The notes beneath the pieces were generated by a model that was not told where the DNA came from, did no database searches, and was given only the letters and a program-made list of their open reading frames with translations. The position numbers and the translations under genes were made by a program. Shown piece by piece: positions 29,429-46,825 of a stretch of DNA of 64,000 bases (positions are counted from its first letter, which is position 1; each line of letters starts with the position of its first letter). Source of the stretch: the human T2T-CHM13v2.0 reference genome, Homo sapiens; the NCBI RefSeq assembly GCF_009914755.1, contig NC_060931.1, one strand, 5' to 3'.

Positions 29429-29681
29429 CTATGTAGTCAAGGAGTACTCTCTAACAGTAAACAGAATTTATATCCCTTTTTACTCAGTTAATAGTGACTA
29501 GGAAATTTGGATAGGTAGGAGAAAGGAATGCTGAATTCTTGCTTAAGATGAGTGTGAAGTTTTGTTTTCGACTTTAATAATTAGAGAAAATGTTTAATTT
29601 TGTTTTTACTAATCTAGATATGTATATTTAAAAATCAATAGAGAAGACAAAAATATTCTCTATTACAAAGGATATTGTACT

Positions 29682-29940
29682 GCAGCCCTCCTTTGTCAGC
29701 AGGGGATATGTTCCAAGACCCACAGTAGGTACCTGAAACTGCAGATAGTGCTGAACCCTGAATCTACCTGCACAGTAAATCCTCACTTAATGCCCTCAGT
29801 AGGCACTTGGAAACTGTGACTTTAAGTGAAATGAAGCTGTAACTTCAAGTGAAATGACATACAGAAGGTCCTAGAATAACATTGTGTCCTTCAAGGTCCT
29901 CTGCTGATGAGAGAAAAAAAATTCGTTTCATTATATGCCA
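29682..29940. mobile_element. TcMar-Tigger family fragments (two element ends abutting)
   Basis: ggggatatgttccaagacccacagtaggtacctgaaactgcagatagt, then cagtaaatcctcacttaat...cttggaaactgtgactttaagtgaaa. Confidence 0.6.
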
Positions 29941-29944
29941 AGAT

Positions 29945-30420
29945 TCTTGATTGCAAATAGAGGAAATCAGTCTGGGTAACTAAAACAGGAAAAGAATTTA
30001 TTGGAAAGTTATCAGGTTGTTCACAGAATCTATGGGAAGTCTGTATAATCAGGCTCTAAAGCCCAGTAGGAACCAACGGAGATTAAGCAGCTGAGCACAC
30101 ACAGTCTTAGACAAGCCACAGGAAGGGTCTGTTTGGGTTGCTATTTTTGCTGGCACCATGCCCACAATAGCTGGATTTTAAACTCCTCTGTAAATGATCT
30201 CTAAATGTCCCTGCATCTTTCCTTTATCTCGTCAAGATTCAAACTTCTGGACTCAGGCATCCAGTTTGCTGAGCCTGGGTAATGCCTGGACTCCTTCAGC
30301 TTCCATAGTAGGAAGTGGGGCCTTCTTTTTGCTTTGATGCAGTCAGTGGGGATGGACTGTTCAGATGTTTGGTACCCAAGACAAACACCCAACAAATTTC
30401 TACTGCAAGAGAAAACAAAG
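29945..30420. mobile_element. Old MLT1-like LTR
   Basis: gattcttgattgcaaatagaggaaatc...gaatttattggaaag motif. Confidence 0.45.
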
Positions 30421-30429
30421 GAAATCACA

Positions 30430-32000
30430 TGAAGGCACTTACGTATAAAGAAGACCAGATGTTTTTGAAGTAGAAGATAGGCAGTAGAATTGACAAATGA
30501 AGGAAAGGTACATGCTCACATACAAAAAATAATAAAAATTTTACTTGGAGGAAATGAAACAAATAAATGGTGAGACTGTCCTTGTTCTTAGCTCATGAAG
30601 ATGTCAGTTCCAGTTGAAAATTTTGAAACTGTCAAATGAAATCTAAAGTTCACATGGATGAATACATGCGTAAGAATTGTTTAAAAGAATTGTGAAGGGA
30701 GGTTATGGGGGGGGCATTTCTTATGTGATATCAAAGCATATTGTAAAGCTGTTTTAGTCAAAACAGTACAGACATGCAAAAATAAATTTTTTTAAAGAAA
30801 ACAGTGCAGACATGAAGTAGAAAATCAGATGGGTGAGACAAAATAGAGTTGAGAAATAGACCCCAGGATCTATAGACTTTAGTATTTTGAACAATAGTTC
30901 AGCTGGGGGGTAATGAAGGCTATTTAATATATAGTGTTCAGACAATTGACTGTTGATTTGAAGAAAATAAATTTAGGTGTCTACCTCTTATGTACAAATG
31001 ATTCAGCCAGATTTAAAAATCACATAGCACTGTATTAGCATTAGGAAAACGTGTAGGAGGATATGTGTGGAGGAGCCTTTTTCAAGCATATCAGAAGACA
31101 TAAAGAAATATATTAAATGGTTTAACCATTAAAAAACCCAAAACTTATCTTCAGGAAAACAGAGTCAAAGGATAAACTATACTCTGAGGAAATATATGTA
31201 TGTCATATAACGCTTTAATATCTAAAGCATGCAGATATTTGTAAGCTCAGTAAAGCGGGATATAGACTGTTCATAGATTAAAAATACAAATGGCTAATAA
31301 ATATAAGATTGTTCAATATCATGAGTAGTCAGAGAAATACACATTTGAAAAATTAAATGCAGTTTTTTGTTCATAAGATGATCAAAATCAAAGACATTGA
31401 TAGCATGTTATGATAGCAAAGATGGCGGAAATGCGTAGCTTTCTCTTGATGGTGGAATAACCAATATGCCTTTTTGGAAAATAAATTTGCATATTCTTTG
31501 TCCAGAGAATTTTGTTTCTAGGTCTACATCCTACAAAAACAGTACCAGTTCATAAAAATATATGTAACAAGATATTCATTGTGACATTGTTGGTAAGAAG
31601 AACAAAAATATTCAGCTTAAATGTTCATCAAGAGGAGTATGGTATATTGGTACCATGTAATTACAGAATTTCAGTGATAATGATCTCTATGTGCTGATAT
31701 AGAAAGGTTTCTAAGGTGCATTTTTGGGTCCCAAAAGCAAGTTGAAAAATAGCATAGATAGTATGAACCTATTTGTGAAAGATTGAAAGGATAGAAACTT
31801 AAATATGTATACTTTATATATTGGTATAAATATTTGTATGTGTATAGAAAATGTCAGACAGATAATGTCAAAACACTGATAAAAGGAATTACTTGTGAGA
31901 AATGGAAATGTGAGGTGGGGAATAGGGAGGTAGAAATTCTTTTATTTCCTGTGTACATCATGAGCATGTTTTTTAAAAATAATAATACAATTACTGATGA
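30430..32000 (+). mobile_element. Ancient L1ME ORF2 3' part and 3'UTR
   Basis: Degenerate L1 sequence (aaatggtgagactgtccttgttc, tatttaatatatagtgttcagacaattg, caaatggctaataaa, gatattcattgtgacattgtt). Confidence 0.6.
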
Positions 32001-34390
32001 TCCTTTTGAAGATTTTTAAAAATGAAATGGGAAAATGTTTAGATTATACCCTTGAAGGGAAAAACTAGAATTCAGATCTATGCAGGATGATCAAAGAATG
32101 TTGAAAAAGGAGCATGCGTGCCATTTTTGTGTTGTGTGACGTGGGGGGTGGATGGACAGACACTCATTTTTAAATTTTTTTTCAAGCAGTCCTTGTACCT
32201 CAGCCTCCTAAGTAACTGGCATACCACTGTGCTTGGCCTTGATGCTCCTTTCTGTAAGATGTTTTGGAAGGCAGTATACCAAAATGATGTGAATGGATTA
32301 TTTTTTTTTTAAGTATTTTCAAGAAAGAATTTACACCTTTATAATCGGATAAAATTAGTAAAAAGTTGTTTAAAAATAATTCTTTTATTTATTGCATGAT
32401 CCTGGATAATACTCGGTTTAACCTTGCTTCCTCAGCCATCCTGGGACATCGTCTAGCTCATGGAAGAGAAAATTTGGTGTCCATATTTGTCTCTGGGCAT
32501 GTAAAGAATGTTCTTCACTGCATTGTATTCATTCCCTAACTATTTTGTCTTTTAAAGATTTTTTTTCTGTTTACATATGTTGGTTTTCTTTTTATCTTTC
32601 AGTTCTTGTTTTTTTTTTTTTTTCCCTCTTTGCTTAGATTTTAAATTTTTAGCCTCACTTTATTTTCTGTTACCATGTCTTCACCCTTGGTCTGTCATTT
32701 GAAACGATGGCTCTTTTTTACTTTTATACCCTTTAAATCATTCTTATTCTTTCTGAGTGTTCCAACAGATCTTAGAACTATTGAGAATTATTATGCCAGC
32801 CATTCCTGTTTCATTATTTGGTGAAATCTTACTAAGGGCACGTTATCTTTGACAGATATTTCTTAGCTCAGTTTGATTTAACAAAATTTTATGAGCACTT
32901 GCTCTTTGACAAGTACTGTGCCAGCTGTTCTGGCTATATAAGTGAATATATCAGTTATTCGATTTACAACTTAAAGTTCAACTCACCTCTGTCAGTTTTT
33001 AGTTTCACAAAATTAGCCAAATGAGTTGCAGTTGTAAATTTTGGACATAGTTGAACCCATTTATTGTGAAGTGAAGGAACAGAAATATGTTATAATTAAA
33101 AAGTAGATGTTTAATAAGCTGTCAGCACTTCTAACCCCTCTTAAAAAACTGTTTTCGTATCATGAAATCTTGAAATCTAACATTTAGAAGCAGAGCTTTA
33201 CTAGTTGGATGTTGGTTAATGGCCAGGAAGTCCTTGAGGTTACAGTGGCAGTGGTTGTTGCTTGTTTTGGGTTTAATTTGTTGTATACTTTTCCTGTCCT
33301 CTACCATGTTGCTATTGGCAAAATGCATTCAGTCACAATATATAATTGGTAATTTTGGGGGGACCATTTTATACTAGCAGGGATTACTGTACATCAGCTG
33401 TCTTTTGATCTCAGCTATGAATGATTCTGAATGGATTTAAAATAAAAATTTGTAATCATGTATTTAAAATGAAAAATAACTGTCAGTATTTCCAAAATAA
33501 CGTTATAATTTTTATTTTATTTTTTGTTTTCAAAAAATGCTTTCTCTGAGGGATTAAAAACCCGTTGAAGGTATTAATTAATCAATCCCTTCTCAGCTTT
33601 ATCTCTGATATGTGGTGAGAAGAGGTCTTTTTTTCTGTTGTGAAATGGAAACTGAGGTCCATATTACTTAATGCAATATTCTACAATAGCACCTACCTTA
33701 TGCTGAGCTTCATTCATGTCTGTAGTCACAAAGTGAGTGGGTGTGCCCCCTTTCTCTGGAACTTTTGAGACTAAGTCCTTTCATAAAACAGCAGGAGAAA
33801 AACTAAAGTCATTTCCAGAGTTACTTGCCTTTGGGTTAGTGCTCACCAAGGAGAAAATTGAAGCTTAAGGGAAAATTTTAGAGAGAGAGATGAGTGTATG
33901 AAAATAGTTTTGCAGTAAATTGACTTTCTAAAAGTTTATTGATGGAGTTTGAGGGCCCTTCTGGCTCTGATAATAAAATCAGCAGGTTATATTTTTCAGA
34001 GTTGAAATGGCAAGCTGTTTATCACCCTAAATTTAACTGAAATATGTTTTTAGGTTAAAACTGAGAAAATAATTGTAGGATTTAATCTAGAGTGATGTGC
34101 ATGTACATCTGTGTTCATAGAAGTGTGTACTATGATAAATACACATATAAAAATATCAGTGTGCACACACATAGTAACAACTGTTTCATCATTAGGTGTG
34201 GCAGGCAGTATTCCAGCTATATAATTGAATTTTCCTGCTGATTGATACCTTAATTTATCTGTACTTTAAAAGTAATTCCTCCACTTTGTTCTAGAAATAT
34301 TTAAATATTTAGACAATGTATTATATTTTTCCTGTCATTTAAAGTTGAAGTTTTTTTTACTCTGTAGCAGTACCATAAACCTGTGTCTTT

Positions 34391-34913
34391 TTTTACAATT
34401 AAAACATTTTTATTTTACTTTATTCATTTGTCCATTGAAGCATTTTATTTGTAAATATGTATTACATCCATAGATGAAGAACCCCAGGATTTTCTCTCCT
34501 GTGTGTTTTTGTGCTGCTTCTTCATGGTCCATGATGTGAGCTGAGTCAGTACAATGAAACCAAACTGGTGGGATGGGAGCAGATTAGTCTGTGATTTTTC
34601 TAGATTTTTCTAGATCTTTGAGTTGGACATCAAATCTGGGGCTGATCACACTTGCTCACAACAACTTGTTCACACTGTGAGGTTCCCAATAATTTTCCCA
34701 GCTCTGTGATCATCAGTGATTTCAAATTCGCTCATGTGCCCATGCTTTGTCATCACAGTTGATGAAGACACTAGACAGTGACTTTGGAGCAAGGTCTAAT
34801 AAGAACCAGGTGTTTGCCTCTCTTTTCGGTATTGTCGATGCTCTGGAAAGCAGCAAACAGGACATTTATGCACACCATTAGGGTGGCACGGAAAGATGGT
34901 GGAAAGAGCTCTT
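34391..34913 (-). pseudogene. RPS15A: Processed pseudogene of ribosomal protein S15a
   Basis: Minus strand reads 5'TOP-like CTCTTTCC (~34908) and ATG at 34878, then degenerate MVx[65 protein letters not shown]. No introns. AATAAA at 34449-34444, decayed A tail, candidate TSD TGTGTCTTT at 34382-90 and 34914-22. Frameshifted, and the stop codon is mutated to TAT. Confidence 0.93.
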
Positions 34914-36750
34914 TGTGTCTTTGGGCATCTGTATCCAGGGCCTAGGGGGACCTGTGAAGTGTTTTGTAATTGTGAGTAAAATGCAGGTGAAAGAGGATGA
35001 CGTCATTGAGAGGAAAAAAATGAGAAGACAAAAGAAGTCATAAAACATGAAAGAATGGACAAATCTATTATCTAATTTATTTTATAAATAGATAAACCAT
35101 TATGAAAAGTTATTGGATTTGAGGACTGTTGGATTTTCTTAAGATAGTTTAGGCTAGGAACTTACAGGTTTACATTGGTAGAAAAGAGTTGTTGGGAGGA
35201 TGCCAGTTCAATTCCTGGTAAATGCTTTCTGTTACTTTAATATCTTATACTCCACTTTTCACATTAGCCTGTGAGTGATTTTAACAATTGGAAATATGCT
35301 GTTTGGTTTAGTTCATATCTTAGTCATACTCACATTCTTAGCACTGAGCACAGTGCCAAGCACATAATGGATGCTGAAGAATTGTTCGAGTAATGATTCC
35401 CTGTTTCCCTGTAACAAGTCAAAAGGGAGACGTTAATGACTGTCATAGTGATCCTCAAGGCCTAGGACAGTGGCTCCTACATTATTTGTACTCAGTGAAA
35501 AGAATAAAACCTTATGTGATAATTTCACTCTTTAACACAGTGTGAAATTATCACTTGAACCCGAATTATCACTTAACAAACTTTATTTTTCAAAGATCTC
35601 TGAAAAAACATGTTTGTTTTTTATTGGATTATAAATACACACATACCTAGCACATTTGTTCCAAAAGGAGTGTGTGAAGGAGATGGGGATATATTGCTGT
35701 GGTGGGGGCAGATGTTGTTCCCAATTGCACACATCCTTCCTTCCTTCCTTCCATTTGAAGAAATCTTTCCTATAGGCGTGGTCTCTTCTCTGCTTCCCCT
35801 TTGCCTGCTCTAGCCACTGCTACTGATGATGTATTTCAGTACTAAAAAGTGAGAATTATGGCTTCCACTTCCCTACCCTTGGATTTGGCTTCGAGGGGCT
35901 CTTCTGTTGTAGATAGTGTGCGAGATGATTCCATTTCTTGAGAGCAGGGCATAGGGTTTAGTTGGCTTGGCATAGCCTGCATTCTTTCACTTAACAGGTA
36001 TTTTGAGATGGGAATTAATTGGAAATTTTGTTTTTTATAGTTTTCGTGATTTAAAATTAATGTGTTTATTTTGAAGGAAGTTGATTTATGCGTTTATTTA
36101 AAGTTTATTAGTTTATTTAAAGTTAATCATTAAGATGAGGGGCTTGGCCTTCTTAGGAAAGGTGAAATGGGTAAATACTGAATTAACCTGTTTGAGATCC
36201 TTAAATCATTTTAATTGTTGTGATTGTCCACGTCATGAAATTTATGAGTCTCTTTTAAAGAAAACTGAATGTAGTAAACTTCCGGCATATGTCAAAAACT
36301 ATAGCCTGAAAAACACAAGTAAACACTAGTTAAACCTTTATTCAGTATCATGGCATGTTGTCATTTGATCTTTCTTTGTTGATAAATTAATATTTAATAC
36401 AGATACAAAGGAGGACAGTGAAATTGCCTGGCATAGTGTTATTACAAGGTGGTTATCCAGTTGATCCAGAATACACTACACTAATTTTTTAAACAGCATT
36501 GAATGAAATGACAAAATAAAAATTTAAGTACTTGGAACCCTTACAATACATTTTTATACCCCTGTCTGTGACAGTCACCTCTTTATTGGAAATATACTGG
36601 GGAGATCCAGTATAGTATATACTGGGGAGATCCAGTTCCAGTGTAAAGAGGGCTCATGACAAAAACAAAAGTGGTAAGGGTGGGGCTGTAGTGGGAGGAC
36701 TTTAGTTGGTTTTGAAGAAAGTGGTAACTAGTGCTTCTTTTCCCGTTCAG

Positions 36751-36857
36751 CTCCCTCGTGAAAGATGCTTCTGTTCCTCTGATTGATGTTACAAACCTCC
36801 CTACTCCTCGAAAATTCCTTGATACCTCTCACTATTCTACTGCTGGAAGCTCAAGTG
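36751..36857 (+). CDS. EXOC4: EXOC4 coding exon (probably exon 5), 107 bp, phase 2-1
   Basis: Acceptor ttcttttcccgttcAG; donor G|GTAAGT at 36858. AG+C completes the Ser codon, then [35 protein letters not shown]. Too short for the ORF track. Confidence 0.93.
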
Positions 36858-36972
36858 GTAAGTATTTAATTCTTCAGCCACTAAGCTTTTTAGTATGTCT
36901 TAGTTCCTAGGTAGATATCTGGAGGAGCTTTTTGGGGGCTGAGCTAGGTTGGGCTGGGCTAGGTGGGCCTGA

Positions 36973-37493
<521 letters not shown>

Positions 37494-38896
37494 TAATCTT
37501 TACTACTCCTAGTAGCTTTTACTTATTTATCTCATGTATTGCATTCAGTGTCTGGTCCTGGGAGCTTCTGAGTGTGTGACCTCTGTCCTATGCCCTCTCC
37601 ACTTCTAAATGTGCATGCATCCACGTGTGCACTCATAGTCGTACCTGTAACACACTTTGAGGAAATATCTACAAACTTATCTTTTCTTCTTTGGAGATAT
37701 CCAATATCCTATTGAATAAGACAAAGCCATTTTGGGGTTATGTTTAAGGTTGAGGGCAGGAGGGTATACTTTGGATGCAAAGATTTAGGGGAATCTTGTG
37801 GATTGCCTTAGGCTTGCCTTTGCAGAGGGTTCAGCTCAACTGGGCTTGGAGAGCTTCTGGGCCTCTGCAGAGAGTTTCTCTGCTTTTGTAACTGGGTTGG
37901 GGAAGAAGACTCGATGTCTTTTGTGGGATGCCTCGCAGGTGCCTTCTTGTGGCAGCCAAAATCTTCATTGCCTTTTAACGAAATTGTAATGTTTATTATC
38001 ATTGTCTTTTCAGATAAAAATTAGTTCTTATAGTTCTTATTAGTGCTGTAGAGCTTGAAATAATGAAAAGGTAGAAAAAAATAGAAAAACAATTTGGATT
38101 CAATCAGTACATTTTGTGTAACTAATTGGAAATGTTTCTGTTGAGAGCTTAATATATTGTTGGGGCATATTTTGTTACCTTAAAATGCCACTTAAAATTG
38201 TTTTAGGATTATTTAGGCTTGGAATCTTCAAGTTTATTACTTTAACTACAGGAAAGTATAGAATTTGATAATAGATTTTCCTTTGTTTAATTAGTAGCCA
38301 AGTTTTAAAAAATTGCAGTCATTTATTTTTATTATGATACTTTACAATAGTTTGTACTCCAGCCTCTTCTTGGAGCTAGAAAGGTTTTGTTTTCTCCCTC
38401 TTTCTGATGTAATGTTGCTTTTGAGTTTTAACACTGCTCTGAGGGGTTGTAGACTGTGGAATTATGAAACAAAATATATTTGTACCTTTGATATGTATTT
38501 TATCTCTGCCTTTTATGGAAATTACCAGTTGTTACATCTTTGCTTTTTTGTAATGTGAATCATTACTGCTTAGCCTGGTTATATTAATTTATGTAAATGT
38601 TGCCAAGTCAGTGGCCAAGTGAAATAAAAAATTTAATTATTTATGAAGAAATGACAGGGCAGGCTTTGCAAATGAGTGTTGTATAAATATAAAATAAGCT
38701 GAAATATGCCAGTTACGGCAAATTTCAGTGGAAGCTAATTTTGCTACATCTATTATTCTTACTATGATAGGCCTTACTTTTTGATAGGCACTTTATCTGT
38801 CAGCTTCTGGAGTTTGCATTCATTACTTAGTGGAGTTCATGGTGACACTCTGATTTTGGTATTATTAGGAATTACTGTTGAAGAACTGCTTGGTAG

Positions 38897-39246
<350 letters not shown>

Positions 39247-39379
39247 AGACGTTTCTTTTTAGATGGGTTCATTTCCTTGACTATTTTGAAGACTTGATCG
39301 TGTGCTTTTTTTTTTTTTTTTTTTTTGTGCGTGACCAAAAAAGAAGGTAAAAATATTATTGATTAAAGTCAATAATAGC

Positions 39380-39610
39380 AGAGGTTAATATGTGTTTAGT
39401 GCCTACCATATGGTAAAGCAATGTCTTAAGTGCTTTACATGAATTAACTCATTTAGTCCCTCAACAATTTTATAACAATTTATTATCAGTCCCATTTTAC
39501 AGATGAGAAAACTGAGGCACAGGGAGGTTAATAATTGATAAAAGTTTACACAGTTGACAAGTGGTTGTGATTTCAGCTTAGAGCCAGGTTCGACTATGCT
39601 CTTCTAACCA
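39380..39610 (-). mobile_element. MIR
   Basis: cccattttacagatgagaaaactgaggcacagggaggttaa core. Confidence 0.8.
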
Positions 39611-39645
39611 GTTTGTTTTGCTGAAAACAAGCTAGGTGTCCTCTT

Positions 39646-40122
39646 TGTATTAATTTTCTACTCACACAAACTTAGTGGCTTAAACAACATAAATTTATTA
39701 TCTTACAGTTTTGTAGGTGAGAAGTCTAACACAAATCTGATAGCAGTAAAATCAAGGTGTTGGCAGGGCTGTGTTCCTTTTTGGAGGCTCTAGGGGAAAA
39801 TCTGTTTTCTTGCCTTTCTGTCTCCTGGAGGCCACCATATTCCTTGGTTCATTCATGGTTTCCTTCCTCCATCTTCAAAACCAGCAATGGTGGGTCACAT
39901 TCTTCTCATGTTGCCTCTCTCTGACCCACTCTTCTGTGCCTCTTTCCTCTTTTTAAGGACTCGTGATTAGATTGATTCCACCTGGATAATTCTGGCTAAT
40001 CTTCCCATCTCAAGGTCCTTAACTTTAATTACATCTGCAGTCTCCTTTGCCATGTGACTAATCACAGGTTCTAGGGATTAGGACATGAATATCTTTGGGC
40101 AACCATAATTCTGCTTACCACA
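39646..40122 (-). mobile_element. MLT1C/D-type solo LTR
   Basis: cacaaacttagtggcttaaacaac, aaaatcaaggtgttggcagggctgtgttcc, tcacaggttctagggattaggacatg. Confidence 0.8.
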
Positions 40123-40989
40123 CTCTACGCTGCCCATTTTGTGACTTAAGTTATCTTTAGGAGCAAGTGTAAAAAATTTGACTTTCTTCAAATTATGTAG
40201 CGAAATCTTTTTAAGTCATTGCAGTGTAGTCTTTAGGACTCTATTAATCTGGATCACATTATTAAAGGGAATTGTATAAATGAGGAAGATGTAAATTATG
40301 TAGAGAACTGCACAAAATGTTACTAAGTACATATAAAAGTATGGGGCTGATGAAATATACTATAATAAAAAGCAGGAATTTTGTCTTATTCTTAATAATA
40401 AACTGGAAGTCCTAAGAGTCTATTTGTGAAGTGCTCTGCAAGTCAGCCTAGAAAGTAATAGCCGTTTTCAGCTGGGAATTTAACATAGGCTCTTAAAGCT
40501 CCTCTCTCATTTTGTGAAACAGTAAGATTGAGGGTGTAATCCATTAGAATTGACACTTTTATAGAGGAAGTTCCATTAGGGAATCCCTGGGGAGTATGGC
40601 TCTCCCATTGGGATACCATAAATTAAGATTGGAGGTGATTCCTGAGAACTTTCAGGTTATTATTAATTAAATAAGAATTTTGATTGCTTTTAAACAAGTT
40701 GTTTTTCACGTGTCCTATTTTGAGGTAGAGTTGTGGGTGACTTTTTTTTTTTAAATTATACTTTAAGTTCTGTGGTACATGTGCAGAATGTATAGTTTTG
40801 TTACATAGGTATACACGTGCCATGGTTTGCTGCACCCATAAACACATCATCTATATTAGGTATTTCTCCTAATGCTATCCCTCCCCTAGCCCCGCCCTGA
40901 CCGAAAGGCCCAGGTGTGTGATGTTCCTCTCCTGTGTCCATATGTTCTCATTGTTCAACTCCCACTTATGAGTGAGAACATGAGGTGTT

Positions 40990-44719
<3,730 letters not shown>

Positions 44720-44782
44720 TATGATGTTAGCTGGTTATTTTGCTTGTTAGTTGATGCAGTTGCTTCCTAGCATTGATGGTCT

Positions 44783-45796
44783 TTACAGTTTGGCATGTTT
44801 TTGCAGCAGCTGGTACTGGTTGTTCCTTTCCATGTTTAGTGCTTCCTTCAGGAGCTCTTGTAAGGCAGGCCTGGTGGTGACAGAATCTCTCAGCATTTGC
44901 TTGTCTGTAAAGGATTTTATTTCTCCTTCACTTTTGAAGCTTAGTTTGGCTGGATATGAAATTCTGGGCTGAAAATTCTTTTCTTTAAGAATGTTGTATA
45001 TTGGCCCCCACTCTCTTCTGGCTTGTAGAGTTTCTGCCGAGAGATCCGCTGTTAGTCTGATGGGCTTCCCTTTGTGGGTAACCCGACCTTTCTCTCTGGC
45101 TGCCCTTAATATTTTTTCCCTTCATTCCAACTTTGGTGAATCTGACAATTATTTGCCTTGGAGTTGCTCTTCTTGAGGATTATCTTTGTGGCATTCTCTG
45201 TATTTCCTGAATTTGAATGTGGGCCTGCCTTGCTAGGTTGGGGAAGTTCTCCTGTATAATTTCCTGCAGAGTGTTTTCCAACTTGGTTCCATTCTCCCTG
45301 TCGCTTTCAGGTACACCAATCAGACATAGATTTGGTCTTTTCACATAGTCCCATATTTCTTGGAGGCTTTGTTCGTTTCTTTTTACTCTTTTTTCTCTAA
45401 ACTTCTCTTCTTGCTTCATTTCATTCATTTGATCTTCATTCACTGATACCTCTTCTTCCAGTTGATCAAATCGGCTACTGAAGCTTGTGCATTCGTCACG
45501 TAGTTCTCACGCCATGTTTTTCAGCTCCATCAGGTCATTTAAGGACTTCTCTACATTGGTTATTCTAGTTAGCCATTCGTCTAATCTTTTTTTAAGGTTT
45601 TTAACTTCTTTGCAATGGGTTCGAACTTCCTCCTTTAGCTCAGAGAAGTTTGATCGTCTGAAGCCTTCTCTAAACTCGTCAAAGTCATTCTCCATCCAGC
45701 TTTGTTCCGTTGCTGGCGAGGAGCTGCGTTCCTTTGGAGGGGGAGAGGCGCTCTGATTTTTAGAATTTTCAGCTTTCTGCTCTGTTTTTTCCCCAT
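44783..45796 (-). pseudogene. L1 ORF1 (inner module), frameshifted
   Basis: ATG GGG AAA AAA at 45796, TAA at 44785-83; ORF fragments 45507-45695 and 45180-45443 are ORF1p. Confidence 0.9.
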
Positions 45797-46825
45797 CTTT
45801 GTGGTTTTATCTGCCTTTGGTCTTTGATGATGGTGACGTACAGATGGGGTTTTGGTGTGGATGTCCTTTCTGTTTGTTAGTTTTCCTTCTAAGAGTCAGG
45901 ACCCTGAGCTGCAGGTCTATTGGAGTTTGCCGGAGGTCTACTCCAGACCCTGTTTGCCTGGGTATCAGCAGCAGAGGCTGCAGAACAGTGAATATTGCTG
46001 AACAGCAAATGTTGCTGACTGATCGTTCCTCTGGAAGCTTCGTCTCAGAGGGGCAGCCGGCTGTGTGAGGTGTCATTCTGCCCCTACTGGATGGTGCCTC
46101 CCAGTTAGGCTACTCGGGGGTCAGGGACCCACTTGAGGGGGCAGTCTGTCCGTTCTCAGATCTCAAATTCCGTGCTGGGAGAACCACTACAAACTTCAAA
46201 GCTGTCAGACAGGGACATTTAAGTCTGCAGAGGTTTCTGCTGCCTTTCGTTCGGCTATGCCCTGCCCCCAGAGGTGCAGTCTACAAAGGTAGGCAGGCCT
46301 CCTTGAGCTGTGGTGGGCTCCACCCAGTTCGAGCTTCCTGGCCCCTTTGTTTACCTACTCAAGGCTCAGCAATGGCAGGCGCCCCTTCCCCAGCCTTGCT
46401 GCTGCCTTGCAGGTCAATCTCAGACTGCTGTGCTAGCAATGAGTGAGGCTCCATGGGCGTGGGACTCTCCAAGCCAGGCGTGGGATATAATCTCCCGGTG
46501 TGCCATTTGCTAAGACTGTTGGAAAAGCGCAGTATTAGGGTGGGAGTGTCCTGATTTTCCAGGTGCCATCCATCACTGCTTCCTTTGGCTAGGAAAGGGA
46601 ATTCTCTGACCCCTTGTGCTTCCCGAGTGAGGCGATGCTTCGCCCTGCTTCAGCTCACGCTTGGTGGGCTGCGCACCCACTGTCCTGCCCCCACTGTCCG
46701 ACAAGCCCCAGTGAGATGAACCCAGTACCTCAGTTGGAAATGCAGAAATCACCCGTCTTCTGCGTCACTCATGCTGTGGGCTGTAGACTGGAGCTGTTCT
46801 TGTTCGGCTATCTTGGAACCACCCC

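Noticed and set aside
35550-35563. ATCACTTGAACCCG as an Alu micro-insertion
   Set aside because: The 14-bp match overlaps a local repeat arm and is too short to distinguish from chance.
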